DNA from: Balanoglossus misakiensis
Lineage: Eukaryota > Animalia > Hemichordata
Assembly (NCBI GenBank): GCA_040954595.2
Contig: CM082581.2
Location: 1,294,699 to 1,358,698 of the forward strand
Direction: 5' to 3'
Length of the DNA stretch: 64,000 bases
Positions 1 to 11,899 of this stretch are shown piece by piece (position 1 is the first letter of the stretch; every line of letters starts with the position of its first letter). The position numbers and the translations under genes are program-made. The notes beneath the pieces were generated by a model. It was not told the origin of the DNA, did not search any database, and worked only from the letters and a program-made list of their open reading frames with translations.

Positions 1-584
1 TTTTAGCCCGCCGACCCAAAACAGTTTAGATCTTCGCAAACCGGAAGTAAAAATAACGATGTCAAATATAAAACAATTCATGAAAATTGCGAGAATCACG
101 CAAGAACTATGATGTCATTCTTCTACACTACGACGGCCAAAGATATAAAAAAATTGAAAAATAAAAAAATGTCCCTTTCTACCTACAATATTTTTGAAAA
201 CCATGTAATCGGAATAGCACATATTAGTTTTTTTGGCCAGAGACATATCCAATTTCCCAACTGAACATGACACGTGATCAAGCATTTTCGACTTATCAGA
301 TGCAATCGCTGAACACCTCACACTGAGCGAGGTTTTGTCTGTCTTTATACGCGCCCTTTGTATTTGTGCGTGACATGTCCAAGCCTTGTTAGGAACTCCC
401 GTAAAATTCTACTCAAATGATGTATACTTTCATACTTACGACTGACAGGTATTTTCAGCGTTGCCAGCTGATTGTTTGTCAGGTACCGCTTTATAACAAG
501 ACGCCCCTCTGAGTTGATAACCTGCAATGTAACATCATTCAATTGGTCTAGTCATGTTAGCATTAGTAAAATGCTTCAAAAGTG

Positions 585-883
585 TTAAAGGGACATGATA
601 CAAGACACCGTTTATGTTAGTGAATGAACGTTCAACCACACACAACTTCCATCCGGCTTGTATGATACGAGAGTAAAAACACGCCCGAAATGAATAAATG
701 GTAGAGACCGTTTATTCATTTTGGCTACTTTTTAAAACTCTCGTGTCTATACAAGCGGGGTGGAAGGTGTGTATGGTTGAACGTTGGTTCACTATATCCA
801 TATGTAGAATAATATAAACGCAGTCTTGTATCAAACATAATTAATGGAAAAAGGGCAGCGAGAGAGAGACTTTGTCCCTTTAA
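585..883. mobile_element. Foldback MITE, TTAA target, AGGGACA...TGTCCCT ends (Kolobok-like, family K1)
   Basis: TTAA at 585-588 and 880-883 flank inverted termini. The long internal inverted repeats are shared with copies at about 1515-1842, 16714-17068, 52844-53200 and 53595-53878. Confidence 0.8.
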
Positions 884-1139
884 TGAATACAGCCACAATG
901 TTCTGTTTATATCTACTGACGGACCAGGCATGGATTGTCACGTATAATTCTTTGAAACGTTTGGTCCTCTGAAGAAATCTGAGCACTCATCTACTCAGTT
1001 TGCTTATTTTGTCTTCCTCCACCAGTCAGTGGTATCGTCCGATTTGATACTCCACTCTAAGCCTCTTTCTGAATGGCTCTTTAAGTTGTGATCTGTAAGT
1101 CTTAAACCTTTCATCATCCCCCCCCCCCCCCGTTTCCTC

Positions 1140-1518
1140 TTTAGAGGTCGTCAACTGGTAAACTGTGCGCCTGTGTCTCTTCCCATAGGAGTACATGGAG
1201 AATAGTTAGAAAACTCACTTCTACTATTGTCATTTTCATGAAATTTTACACATAGCTCCGACAAATCAAAATAAATTCATCACGCTCTATTTTGAGATAA
1301 ACTTTGTTCAATATTGTATCCATAGACAAACCATTGGTAGAAAATGCTGACCGTTAGCAGTTTTCTTCAATTGTCGACTAAATTCACGGCCTTGTTTAAA
1401 GTCGAAAACAAGTGCAGTGACCCAAAATGGATTTTCATTATACATACAAATCAGAAACGAAAATTCACGATTAAAAGAAATGACAATGCTTTCAATTTTA
1501 CTGATCGTACATCCTTAA
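1140..1518 (+). mobile_element. Dispersed non-autonomous DNA element (family K2)
   Basis: The core AAACTCACTTCTACTATTGTCATTTTCATGAAATTTTACACATAGCTC recurs reverse-complemented at about 10790-11190 and 46140-46510, and partially at 47520-47710. It ends in CCTTAA. Confidence 0.65.
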
Positions 1519-1842
1519 CTCGCTGCCCTTTTCCATGTTTGATACAAAACACCGTTTATATTAATGTAAATGTGGATATATAGCGATGCAACGTTCAACC
1601 GCACACACCTTCTATCCCGCATGTAGACACGAGAGCGAAAACTCGCAAAACTGAAAAATCGGTCTCTACCATTAATTCATTTTGGGCGAGTTTTTACTCT
1701 CATATCATACAAGCAGGATGGAAGTTGTGTGTGGTTGAACGTTCATTCACTACATAAACACATGCCCATTAATATAAACGGTGTCTTGTATCAAACATAA
1801 TTAATAGAAAAGGGCGACGAGAGAGAGAGTTTGTCCCTTTAA
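1515..1842. mobile_element. Family K1 MITE copy (left end damaged)
   Basis: Ends in TTTGTCCCT-TTAA at 1839-1842; interior matches 585-883. Confidence 0.7.
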
Positions 1843-3164
1843 GGCGACATGATGCATGAAGTGGCGAGAGATAAACGCGGCTGACCACCGCATTAAACAC
1901 TGTCAAGCAAGGCACTTCAAATGCCAATTGTTTAAGTGTGTACTAAGTAATAGGTTCATGTACCATGGGGGGGGGGGTCAAATCACAACAGTTGGACATG
2001 TACGAATATGAAGAGACGATATCAGTTTGTTCATGTCTTCCTTTAGTAAAAATCTTTTTTGAACTTTGTATAGAATTCATTGAACTTTACTTTAGCTTAT
2101 GAACTCTCATTTGCACATCGTCATCTTGAAATTGTGTCGACTTTATCATAAGGTTTTTATAACTCAACTAGGTCGCAAAACCTATTTAAGTTAGTGAGAA
2201 TAGGACGTTAACCTTTTGGGTTGATGGCTACAGCCGTTAATCCTGACTCATACACATGTTGCAGCCAGTATACTCTGCAGACATTGGACACAATAGTTTT
2301 ACGAACCATTAAATTTTATTGGACCATCAAGTTTATTGACCCATGACGTTCATATAGATTTTATGACACGACTGACGCTATAATCGGTCCTTACCTTTGG
2401 CGAGCCAAGTGTTTTATAACATCATAAGATATTAATACCTATCACCCAGTCAAACGATTTCAAGTTATAAAATTTCCACGCCAATAGGACGCCTTTAGGT
2501 GGAAATGCAACCAGGTATCCTAAATAGGAAAATATTCCGGGTATCTGTCAAGTTTAGTCCCATATTTAGGGGACCAAGAGCCCTCAGGCGCTTGGTCCCC
2601 TTCTGTTATTGCTGGAGTTTGTCTTCTTTCTTCTTGAGTCGTTTTTTTGCGCCCGTTTTTCTCTGAAATTCCGGCAGGTGCGCCTCCAAATTTGGCACGG
2701 TGGTTGGGGCCCATGAGTACTGGTGCACCTGCCCTTTGAATTTGTAATTAGTCACGTGACTTTGTGGCTATAATCGAGCGAAATTTTCAAATTGACCTAA
2801 TTTGCACGTTAATGGGGGCATGTACATTCTTTTCGCGATTTTTGTAGACCATGTGGCCAAAATCCCCTGTGCCAAATTTCAAGGTCCTAGGCCACGTCGA
2901 TTTTGAGAAGAAGATTTTTGTAATATTTTTTCGCATTTTTTGGTGGGCTGAGGACGGACACTGGGGCATCGGACTTTGACCGTCATTACGTAATGTTGTG
3001 GAGATCTCATTAGCAGGCTACTCACTTCTGGCGGGTTGCAGTAGTCCTTGGAAAATCGGCTGAAATACGTAAACAGACCAGTGATTATTTTCCACGGAAT
3101 GAATTTTGGGACAACACATTATCGGAGTTCAGGCTGTGTTAGGGCGTTTTATTGAATTACGCTG

Positions 3165-5705
3165 AGTTTGGATTGACCACTGTGTTACCACTAAAATTTT
3201 TTATAGCAATGTTCTTTCAATTTCGAGTCTTTGCAATGTTGTTGACTCCGACTATATTCCTGTTTCAATAGAGGTTCATTTCAACACTTCTGCTGATGAA
3301 TGCTTCAGCAGTAGTTCCTTCAAGCAATGTAATTTTCGAGTTGATTGGAAAAAATTGTCACAGCAGAATATATCCGCCTACACCCGTTGTACCAAAGCCA
3401 AGGTTGATAAGATTAATATATCCGAAGAGTTATTCTGCACTAATGTGAACTGTACATACCCTTCGCATTTACAGGCAATTGATACTTGTTATAGTAGTGT
3501 TGTGGACGCATTGAATTGTGCTGCAAAAGATACCATTAGGCGTAAGTTTCACCAGAAAGTTCATGTTGTGCCTGGCTGGAACGATTTTGTAAAAGAAAGT
3601 CACGACTATGCCCGTTCCATGTTTTTATTATGGGTTAATGGGGGTAAACCTTAACAAGGCCCGCTTTTTGAAACCATGAAATCTTCCAGAGCTCGTTTTA
3701 AGTATGCTTTACGTGCTTGTAAAAAGATTGAGAATCAAAATAGGGCTGACAAGATGGCTGACAATTTACGCTGCCACAAACAGAACGACTTCTGGAAGGA
3801 AGTCAGAAAGCAAACTAGCAGAAAAATGCCGCTTTCTGACACTGTAGGTGGAGCGACTGGTGAGAGTGAAATTGCAATTATGTGGCACAAGCATTTCAGT
3901 GATATTTTGAATTCTGTCCAGGCTTAGACTGGTAAAAATGACATCGAGGAGAAAATGAAGTATGTTAAATTTTCTTCTGATATGTATGTTTCTGAAGAAG
4001 AAGTAATTTCTGCTATACATAAGTTACCTGACGATAAGACAGCTGGCATTGACAATATTTCAGCTGAGCACCTCAAATTCTCAGACTCCTCTATTTTACC
4101 CATTTTGACTTGATTGTTCATGGTTACCTGCAAACTGAGGCTATCAAAGTTATTTTAGTTCCAATTAAGGATAAAACTAAGCTTTGTAGTGATGCCAGTA
4201 ACTACCGGCCGATAGCACTAGCAACTGTTTTCTCTAAAGTTTTTGAGCCTATTTTACTTTCTCGTTGTGAGGAGTTTCTTACCTCTCATTATTTACAATT
4301 TGGTTTCAAGCGAGAACATTCAACTGACCTGTGTTTATTTGCATTTAAAGAAATCATTAGCTACTACACCAGCAATGGAAGACCAGTGTTTACTTGTTTT
4401 CTGGATGCTTCAAAAGCTTTTGACAGAGTTAATCACTTTAAACTGGTTAACAAGCTCATCGACAGGAATGTTCCCTTGTATGCTGTACGAATTTTATATT
4501 AAAGGTCCCATGCCATGCCCTATACAACCACGCGTAAAATCACTATTTGGGTCTTGAAGTTAACGTATGTTACTATCTTGCAATGCGTTTTGCCCCTTGT
4601 GCTTAGATAACAAGCAAGTAAAAGTGGCGGGTGGGCGTGTACCCCTAACCCAACTCAGTCGATTTTTTTGGCTTTTCGAAGTTAAGCCGAAGACTTATCT
4701 TGATGTGGACAAATAGTCTTTCACACCTTTGTAAATCCTCTGCCTGCAATGTGAGGCAAGGGCTTCCTTTGCTTTGAACACTGTTTATATAGCTTATCTT
4801 TGTCTGTGGACTTAATTACTCATGGACCGATAATTACACTTTACTGTAAACAGAATGGTACACTACGACATAGTGTACTTGTTTGTCCATATGCAAATAC
4901 CTTCGCCTGGCTCGAGTGCGAAGTGGCTCCCCGATCACAGGCATGAAAAAAGGTGGCAAATTCCGGCATTCGTGCACATTTTTCGGAACCGACACAATAG
5001 GCAATGCATAGACAGGTACCCTAGGTGAGCTTTTGACGTGGAAAAATGAAAACTTTTCAAAGCATGACAAGTGACCTTTAATGGTACAGAAATCAATTGT
5101 TTACTGTGTTGTGGGGTAATGAAACCTCAGAGTTGTTTTCTGTTTCTAACGGTGTAAGACAAGGGGGAGTACTCTCTCCCTATCTTTTTAATGTCTACAT
5201 TGATGATCTTATCAATGCACTCTGTAAAGCCAAAGTTGGCTGTACCATGTGTGGTGTCAGCGCTAACACTTTAGGTTACGCTGACGACATGACTCTACTC
5301 AGTCCAAGTATTAAGGGTCTACACCGTCTTCTTAGAATTTGTGAAATTTATGGCAAGGATTATGATATAATTTATAATTCTAGTAAAACTGTGTGCATGC
5401 TTTTTAATGGGAAGAATATGAGCGTTCAAAGAATTCCTTCGGTTAAACTTAATGACATCACTTTAAAGTTTGTACCTGTACACACCTATCTGGGCCATGT
5501 TATATCTTGTGAGGGTTGTGATAATGAAGATATTGAACGACAGAGAAGAGCATTTTGTGTTAGAGCAAACATGCTATTGAGACATTTTCAACATTTTAGT
5601 CAAGATGTGAAGAAAGTTTTATTTTTGGCATATTGTAGTAATATTTACTGTTGCAGTTTGTGGGCATCCTTTAAAGTAAAACCGATGAAAAAATTTAAAA
5701 CAGTG
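3165..5705 (+). pseudogene. Non-LTR retrotransposon ORF2 relic (APE endonuclease end plus reverse transcriptase; RTE-X-like)
   Basis: WIDHCVTT at 3169, SDYIPVSI, NYRPIALAT, QFGFK, FLDASKAFDRVNH, GVRQGGVLSPYLF and YADD at 5277-5288. It has in-frame stops (3652, 3925, 4500), a frameshift near 4100 and a MITE insertion. Confidence 0.93.
4499..5081. mobile_element. Kolobok-like MITE inserted in the RT domain
   Basis: TTAA at 4499-4502 and 5078-5081; imperfect TIRs AGGTCCCATGCCATGC / GCATGACAAGTGACCT. Removing it restores the RT frame (RILY*WYRNQLFTV). Confidence 0.88.
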
Positions 5706-6394
5706 GACTTTGACCCTAAGTCGCTAATGTTGTGGGAGGTTTCATTAGCATTGTAGTCACATGTAGTGGATAGTAGTTTGGGAAATTGGCTGAAATACGT
5801 CAGCAGACCAGTGATTTTCTTGCACGACAGGAGTATGGTACCAGCAATAATCAGAGATCAGGCTTCGTTGCCGTTCAAAAGTTCCTACTTCAGTCGTGAT
5901 GTTGCAACTGGACGTTCAGTATGGGGGTCGGCCCGCAGGTGGCCGTGTGGGTTATCAGGTCGCCCGTAACGGCACGCAGCTACATGCAGCTGTATGGGAC
6001 TAAAATAATACACCCGATTCGGGTGTCACCTGTGACACCTGCATAACTCAATAATTATGTGCATGCGTAATTATGGGGTCAATGAAAGGGGTGGTAGCGT
6101 GCTATTTGTTGCACATGGATCAATATGAAGTCCGATTTTCCCGTCAAGTTGTGGGCGACCTTATGTGACCTTTCACCTACTTTTGCTTAGTGAGCATCCA
6201 CAGCAGATGCATGCAGCTTTGGCTTGGGAGGGGGGGGGCATATACGGATGGGACCATAATGATATACCAAAGGCGGGGTCGTCTGTTGCACCTGCCTAAG
6301 TCATTGATTTTGTACATTTAATTAGACACTAACCAACAGGGCGATAGGTGTGGTTTTTGTTCCACAGGGACGAATGTAAGTGTCAGTTGGTTTT

Positions 6395-7260
6395 TGCCCA
6401 AATGTCCATTGAGGCCTGTATCCGTGATCTTAAGGACTGGATGACCCAAAACAAGCTTCAACTCAACGACTCCAAAAACTGAGATTCTACTTATTCGTTC
6501 ACAATTTCATCACTCTGCTGATGCTATTGACAAGATTACCATTGGTTCAAGCTCTGTTCCCGTCGTTAAATCAGCTCGCAATATTGGTGTAATATTTGAC
6601 AATACGCACATGTATAAAGATCACATCAAGAAAACTTGTCAATCAATATATTACCACTTTCGCCGTGTCGGACAAATCAGGAAATTTCTTAACAAAGCAA
6701 CATGTCAAACAGTGATTCATGCTATTTTGGCAGCGAAACTCGACTATGGTAATGCATTACTGTATGGTATACCAGAACGCAGTCTGAACCTTCTACAACG
6801 CACACAAAATACAGCTGCAAGAATCATAACTCGGTCCAGGAAGTCTGCCCATATAACGCCAGTTCTTCAACTTCTTCATTGGTTACCAGTTCGCCACAGG
6901 ATAGAGTATAAAATAAATCTGCTCACATACAAAGCCTTAAATAATCTCGCTCCGAACTATATCCGCGATCTCATTCGGACATATTCTCCTGGTCGCAGGC
7001 TTCGTTCAGCTAATAAGAGCCTTTTATGCACTACAATGTACAAACGTTCTTCATACGGTGGCCGAGCATTCTCTCATGCTGCAACGAAACTGTGGAACAT
7101 TCGTCAAGCTCCAAGTTTGAGTATCTTTAAGAAAAGACTGAAGACGCATTATTTCGCAAGAGCATATGGTGTGGGCCAATGAGCACAAGCGCCTTTGAGT
7201 ATGACACTTGTTATAGATACTGGCGCTATACAAATTTCTCTGATTGATTGATTGATTGAT
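6395..7260 (+). mobile_element. 5'-truncated L2/CR1-group LINE (RT C-terminus, 3' UTR and tail)
   Basis: ORF 6610-7182 has KLDYGNALLYG, QNTAARII, LHWLPV and FKKRLKTHYF. The 3' UTR has a stem AGCGCC...GGCGCT and an (ATTG)n tail at 7241-7260. Confidence 0.92.
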
Positions 7261-8069
7261 GTATAAGGTGATTTGGATGACCTCTGTCATAGAGTGCCAT
7301 ATCTCATCCCGTTGTACAGGTGCAGCTTTGGTATTTGGAGGGATGAAACTATCATGAAATGCCAAATACAGGGGGATACCTTTGACACCTGCTTGATTCA
7401 TGTATTACGTGCATACCTAATGTTAGGCAAAGTGAAAGGGCTGCAAATGTAGGATTTGTTGCACAAGACATAAACAGGAATGAAATTTTTCTGTCAAATT
7501 TTTGAATGACCTCAGGTGTCCATTGACCTGCTTTCCATATGTTAGCATGCACATCATATATAGCCACGTGTTTGGAGGGGTAGGGTAGGACCGTCATGAA
7601 ATGCTAAATTCCTAGGGCCACCTGTAACTTACTTGTGTAATTCATTATTATGGCCATACCTAATTTTAAAAACCCAAAGGGCGAGAATTTTCCGTTGTCT
7701 TGAATATGAACCAAATAGGAATCCAAATTTTTGGCCCAATTTTTGGGTACCCTCAGCTGACCTTTGAAGTACTTAACTGAAGTCCTTACATAACGTAGAA
7801 GTTCACTTGTGGTTGTTGTGTTTGTACTTGTAGGACATCCATTTCGGGTGGTTGCCTACTTCCCCATATCTCCACATCCAGAGCAAATACAGCCTACGCA
7901 ATTGAATGGTACAACCCTGAATGGAGTCTAATGGTTATTATCTCTATGCTTGGGCCCCTTCAATGCTGCTTGGAGCTTTAATTATTACTATTATTATTGT
8001 CACGATATAAAGACACCAACTAAAAACTTACAAAATCACAATGTCTTCACAACTCAAAATTTCACTCAC

Positions 8070-9161
8070 TTCTTTTAGTTTGGTAGCCACCCCTCCTTTC
8101 TGTCCTAGCATAACAGGAGCACCATCACTGCCCAAAGCAGACAGACGATCTCTTAAGACAATACCATTCTCTGAAGAAAACTCTTTCACTGACTGTGCAA
8201 TGGTGTCTGCTCTGCCATCACCAACCTAAAACAGTGAAAATAAAACCTTGATGTTAACACATGCAATGTACAACTCAATGTTTGTCTCACCTGAAATAAC
8301 TAGTCAGCAAAATCAATTAAATGAGGTCACTCAAAAACATGTTTAATCGTATGTTTTTAATTCAGTGTAGACTTAAAAATTGAAAAACTTTCCACTTACT
8401 TCTTTAACTCCAAGGAAAGACACAACTGACTTCCCAGACTTCAAGGTGTACTTGGAATAGATGATTAATTGCTTCAATACAGCCACATCAGTTGTTTTCA
8501 TCTATTAACAGTGAATAGAAGTTACTTCCTTTCATCTTCTCTAAAATCTCATCACGGATGACTTTGCCTGAAAAATGAAATAAATGAAAATTACTCTTCA
8601 GATTAAACTTATCAAAATTCACAGTAATTTGTACAGTAATTATTCTTTATTGAGTGTAACACTATTGCTTAAACAGTGATCCTTTCTTGAAAACAACCAG
8701 GTTTAAATAAATGTTACTACATTGCCTACAATTTAGATCTGCACAAAAATCAGTAGACCTACTTACCAATGCAATAAACCATTATAGTTGTGGTCATCAC
8801 TGCTGAGAGTACCAAGGAATGAACACCCGAGGGACTTTGCCAATTCCAAAACATGGATGAAGTTGGTGGTGTGCGGCAATTCTCTGTGCATGAGAAAATA
8901 CATGCATCGTAGGACGCCGATGCATGAAGGCTTGCGTCTCAAAGGTGATGACCTTGTCAAATGCAGCCACAAGACCGCTGCTGTTCTCGATAACTGCTGC
9001 CTCGGCGTCAAGCTGCATTGCCGCCCGGTCGATAATCGTCTCTTCATGCTGCTTGAGTTTGTCTTCGCGAAGGGTGGTACATGTACATGGAGATGTTGTA
9101 ACCCAAGTCCCTCCGCACTTGGCCTTCTGCTTGTGTTTTGTACAAAGGCGACAAAACATCC
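8070..9161 (-). pseudogene. Intron-containing hAT transposase (ZNF862-like), truncated; exons 9161-8767, 8567-8400, 8225-8070
   Basis: GMFCRLC zinc finger, ELPHTTNF, FYSLLIDE/TTDVAVLKQLIIY and LGSDGAPVMLGQKGGVATKLKE. GT-AG introns are in compatible phases; exons 1 and 2 have frameshifts. Confidence 0.88.
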
Positions 9162-11493
9162 CTAAACTGAATAAATATCATTCTCTCAAATGCCAGCCGC
9201 ATGCGGGAGCGTGCACCAGAAACAATAAATATTTACCAAGGCGGGAATGAAAAGAAAGCAGGGCGGCGCGTAAGATAGCAGGGTGGCAAAAAATAAAGGA
9301 GGGCGGGCCTGCCCAGCTAACCCCCCCCCCAAAGTATTAACGCTCTGTGTTTACCATAGACTAATAGTGTCTCAAATTTTACCCTGTGTGAACCTGGTAA
9401 GAGGCGTGTCTCAAATCTGAGAAGATTCAGGACCACTTAAACCATTCACCAATAATAATTTATGCCAGTATTTGATCTGAGACGTTTTAGCAATTTCTTG
9501 TGTGACCCCCATATCAGTTGAAGCTGACAAATCCAGTATTTTGAATTTTTACATGGATTTTGTATACAGTGTGAATTGTAATTAAAGCTCCATTACCTTT
9601 ACCTTTTTCCTATGTTTTCAGTATCTTTGTTTAGCAGTTTCTTGTGCAAATTCCCGAAACATGATGAAACATATATGTGTATGGTCAGCATTGTTATTGT
9701 GCCAAATTGGAATTTAAGTCCAGACTAGAATCCATGAATTATTGTCAACAATGACAATGGCCATTATACACATACATTCTGTGCTGACAAGTAACAATCT
9801 GTGTGGAGTAGAACATGAAATCGCATTTGCTACATAGAACAAAAATACTGGAAATAAAGCCAAAAGATACAACGAATGTATATTTAACTTTAACTGCATT
9901 CTCATTCTCATCTGTATATATTTTACTGAGATTGTTTCATCAGGGTTTATCAGTATTCTAAACCAGCTTATGTGTGCATACAATCTGATTAAAATCAGAT
10001 GTAGGGTACGGCGACGTCTTTTACTTCGCAGTACGGTATTCTTATACTGTCGCCTCACACTACATCTGACCAACTCCCATAGAAGCTCCCGTTGAAAACT
10101 CTAGTAAACCAATCAGACGGTGCCTTATAGAGAACTTTAGGTATCCTTCAGTTTTGATTGACATAACGTGCAATCTGATTGGCTTGGCCGCAACGGGACG
10201 TTGAACAAGCTTCTATATCTGATTCATATAATACTGAAAGGGTTAAGAATGGCACACACTACATGTATGAGCTCATGGAATGTGTTTCTTCCCATAGGAT
10301 AACATTAAGAATTGATAGAAAACCCTTTTCTACTATTGTAATTTTAAGAAGTTTCACTCATAACTCATCCAAATGAAATTAAATTGAGTGATTCATATAA
10401 GTTGTAGGCTCACCACTGTGCTCAGTTTTGAGATAAACTTAAATGTGTCCATGCCTATAGAAAAATAACATAGAAAGACCTATGGTGAAAAATGTTGACT
10501 TTAATTCAGGCTGCATTAGTGGAAAAATAATCATACTTTGTCTGGCATAGAAACTCAGAATCTACAAAAAAGGCCTTTAAAACATGAATGGAAATGAAAA
10601 TACTGCTACAATAAGAAATTCTTACCTTGAATAAAGTATTTATTGGTACCACCACTTCCATAAAGAAACCACTTTGCTGGTGTAATGAGTTGTCAATCTG
10701 GGTTTGCTCATTGGCCTTGCTTTGAGTTCCAATTCATGATGATGGTGTATTAGGACACTGGACTTGAAACAGGTGTATGCTGGTATTATACACGTTGAAA
10801 GTATTGTCATTCTTTTAATTGTGGATTTTTGGATTATGCTGTGTATGTATAATGAGAATCCGTTAAAAATTGTAGGGGTCATTGCCCTTTTTAAAAAAAA
10901 TACAGAGCCATGAATTTAGTTGATAATAGAAGAAATTTGCTGTCTCAGCATTTTTCACCAATGGTTTGTCTATGGGCGAAGATTTTAACGCAATTTATCT
11001 CATAATAGAGCTTGGTGACCACATAATTTTTTTTGACCAATGAATTTACGTTTACTTGACTGAGCTATGTGTAAAATTTCGTGAAAAAGACAATAGTAGA
11101 AGTTTGTTTTCTGGCAATTATCGATGTAATCCTTTCAGGAACAGACACACATGCACTGTTTATCAGTTTATGTTGTGCGTGTACATCCTTAAATGGTATT
11201 TGCCTCTCATGCCTTCCAAATTGTGATTCTGTTCTAGTGTTTTTGTTAAGGGCGGTACCTAGATAAAATCTACCGGAGTACCCCAGTCACTCCGAATTAA
11301 AACAACAGAACAAGGCCAATGTCACAGTGGTCAGGCAGTCTACCAGAGTTCCCCAGTCATTTTACCGGGGTTCCCCTGGGTGTATCAATGTGGTTATATT
11401 AGGAGGTTATAGGAATATTAACGGGGTTCCCAAATCCATTACCAGTGTTCCCCGACCTTTGCAAAAACACTGTGTTCTTTTTATCCTCCACAG

Positions 11494-11705
11494 GAAGAGA
11501 CAAAGAAAAGCATAGCAACCTCTGCTGATACTGCCACAACAAGCGCAAGCACAAACACACCCCAGCCTGTACCTTCTGCGAACCAACAACCCCCACCCTA
11601 TCCAGCCGCAGCATACCAGCAACACTTCCAGCAGATGTCATACCCGAACCCATTCGTGTCTCAGTACGCTGCGTTTGCAGGAGCCGGACAGCCGCCACGA
11701 TATAA
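11494..11705 (+). other. Orphan exon-like segment encoding a T/P/Q/A-rich peptide
   Basis: Strong acceptor TTCTTTTTATCCTCCACAG, then an open frame EETKKSIATSADTATTSASTNTPQPVPSANQQPPPYPAAAYQQHFQQMSYPNPFVSQYAAFAGAGQPPRY. No donor is seen. Confidence 0.45.
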
Positions 11706-11899
11706 CATCAATTATATTTGTTTTCTGAAAATGCCTATTGTTGACCAAAAGATGGCTAAATGGCAATTTTGTACTGAGCGGGGTGTCTCAATAAGACCGT
11801 TGTGCTGGTATCAGCATATTTTTTGCACACACACACACACAAAAAACGAATTTACATACATCACAAGGGCTCTGAATATAAAGGAATAAGTTTGTATTT

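Larger units (their letters stand above)
2568..7983 (+). mobile_element. Helentron/DINE-1-like non-autonomous element with diverged ~250-bp internal repeats, hosting two LINE fragments
   Basis: 5' end: T-run, then inverted repeat GGGGACCAAG-AGCCCTCAGGCG-CTTGGTCCCC and a CTT-rich tract. 3' end: GCTTGGGCCCC, then GCTGCTTGGAGC and TTTAATT at 7948-7983. Related repeat units at about 5995, 6250, 7340 and 7590. Confidence 0.6.

Noticed and set aside
9333-9400. CAGAGCGTTAATAC as the hAT terminal inverted repeat
   Set aside because: The same sequence occurs inverted at about 54508-54585 with its outer flank, so it belongs to another dispersed repeat; no partner TIR or 8-bp TSD was found.
10626-10768. 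Minus-strand exon with a good GTAAG donor, as a possible uif continuation
   Set aside because: All three frames have stops and no recognisable domain motif.
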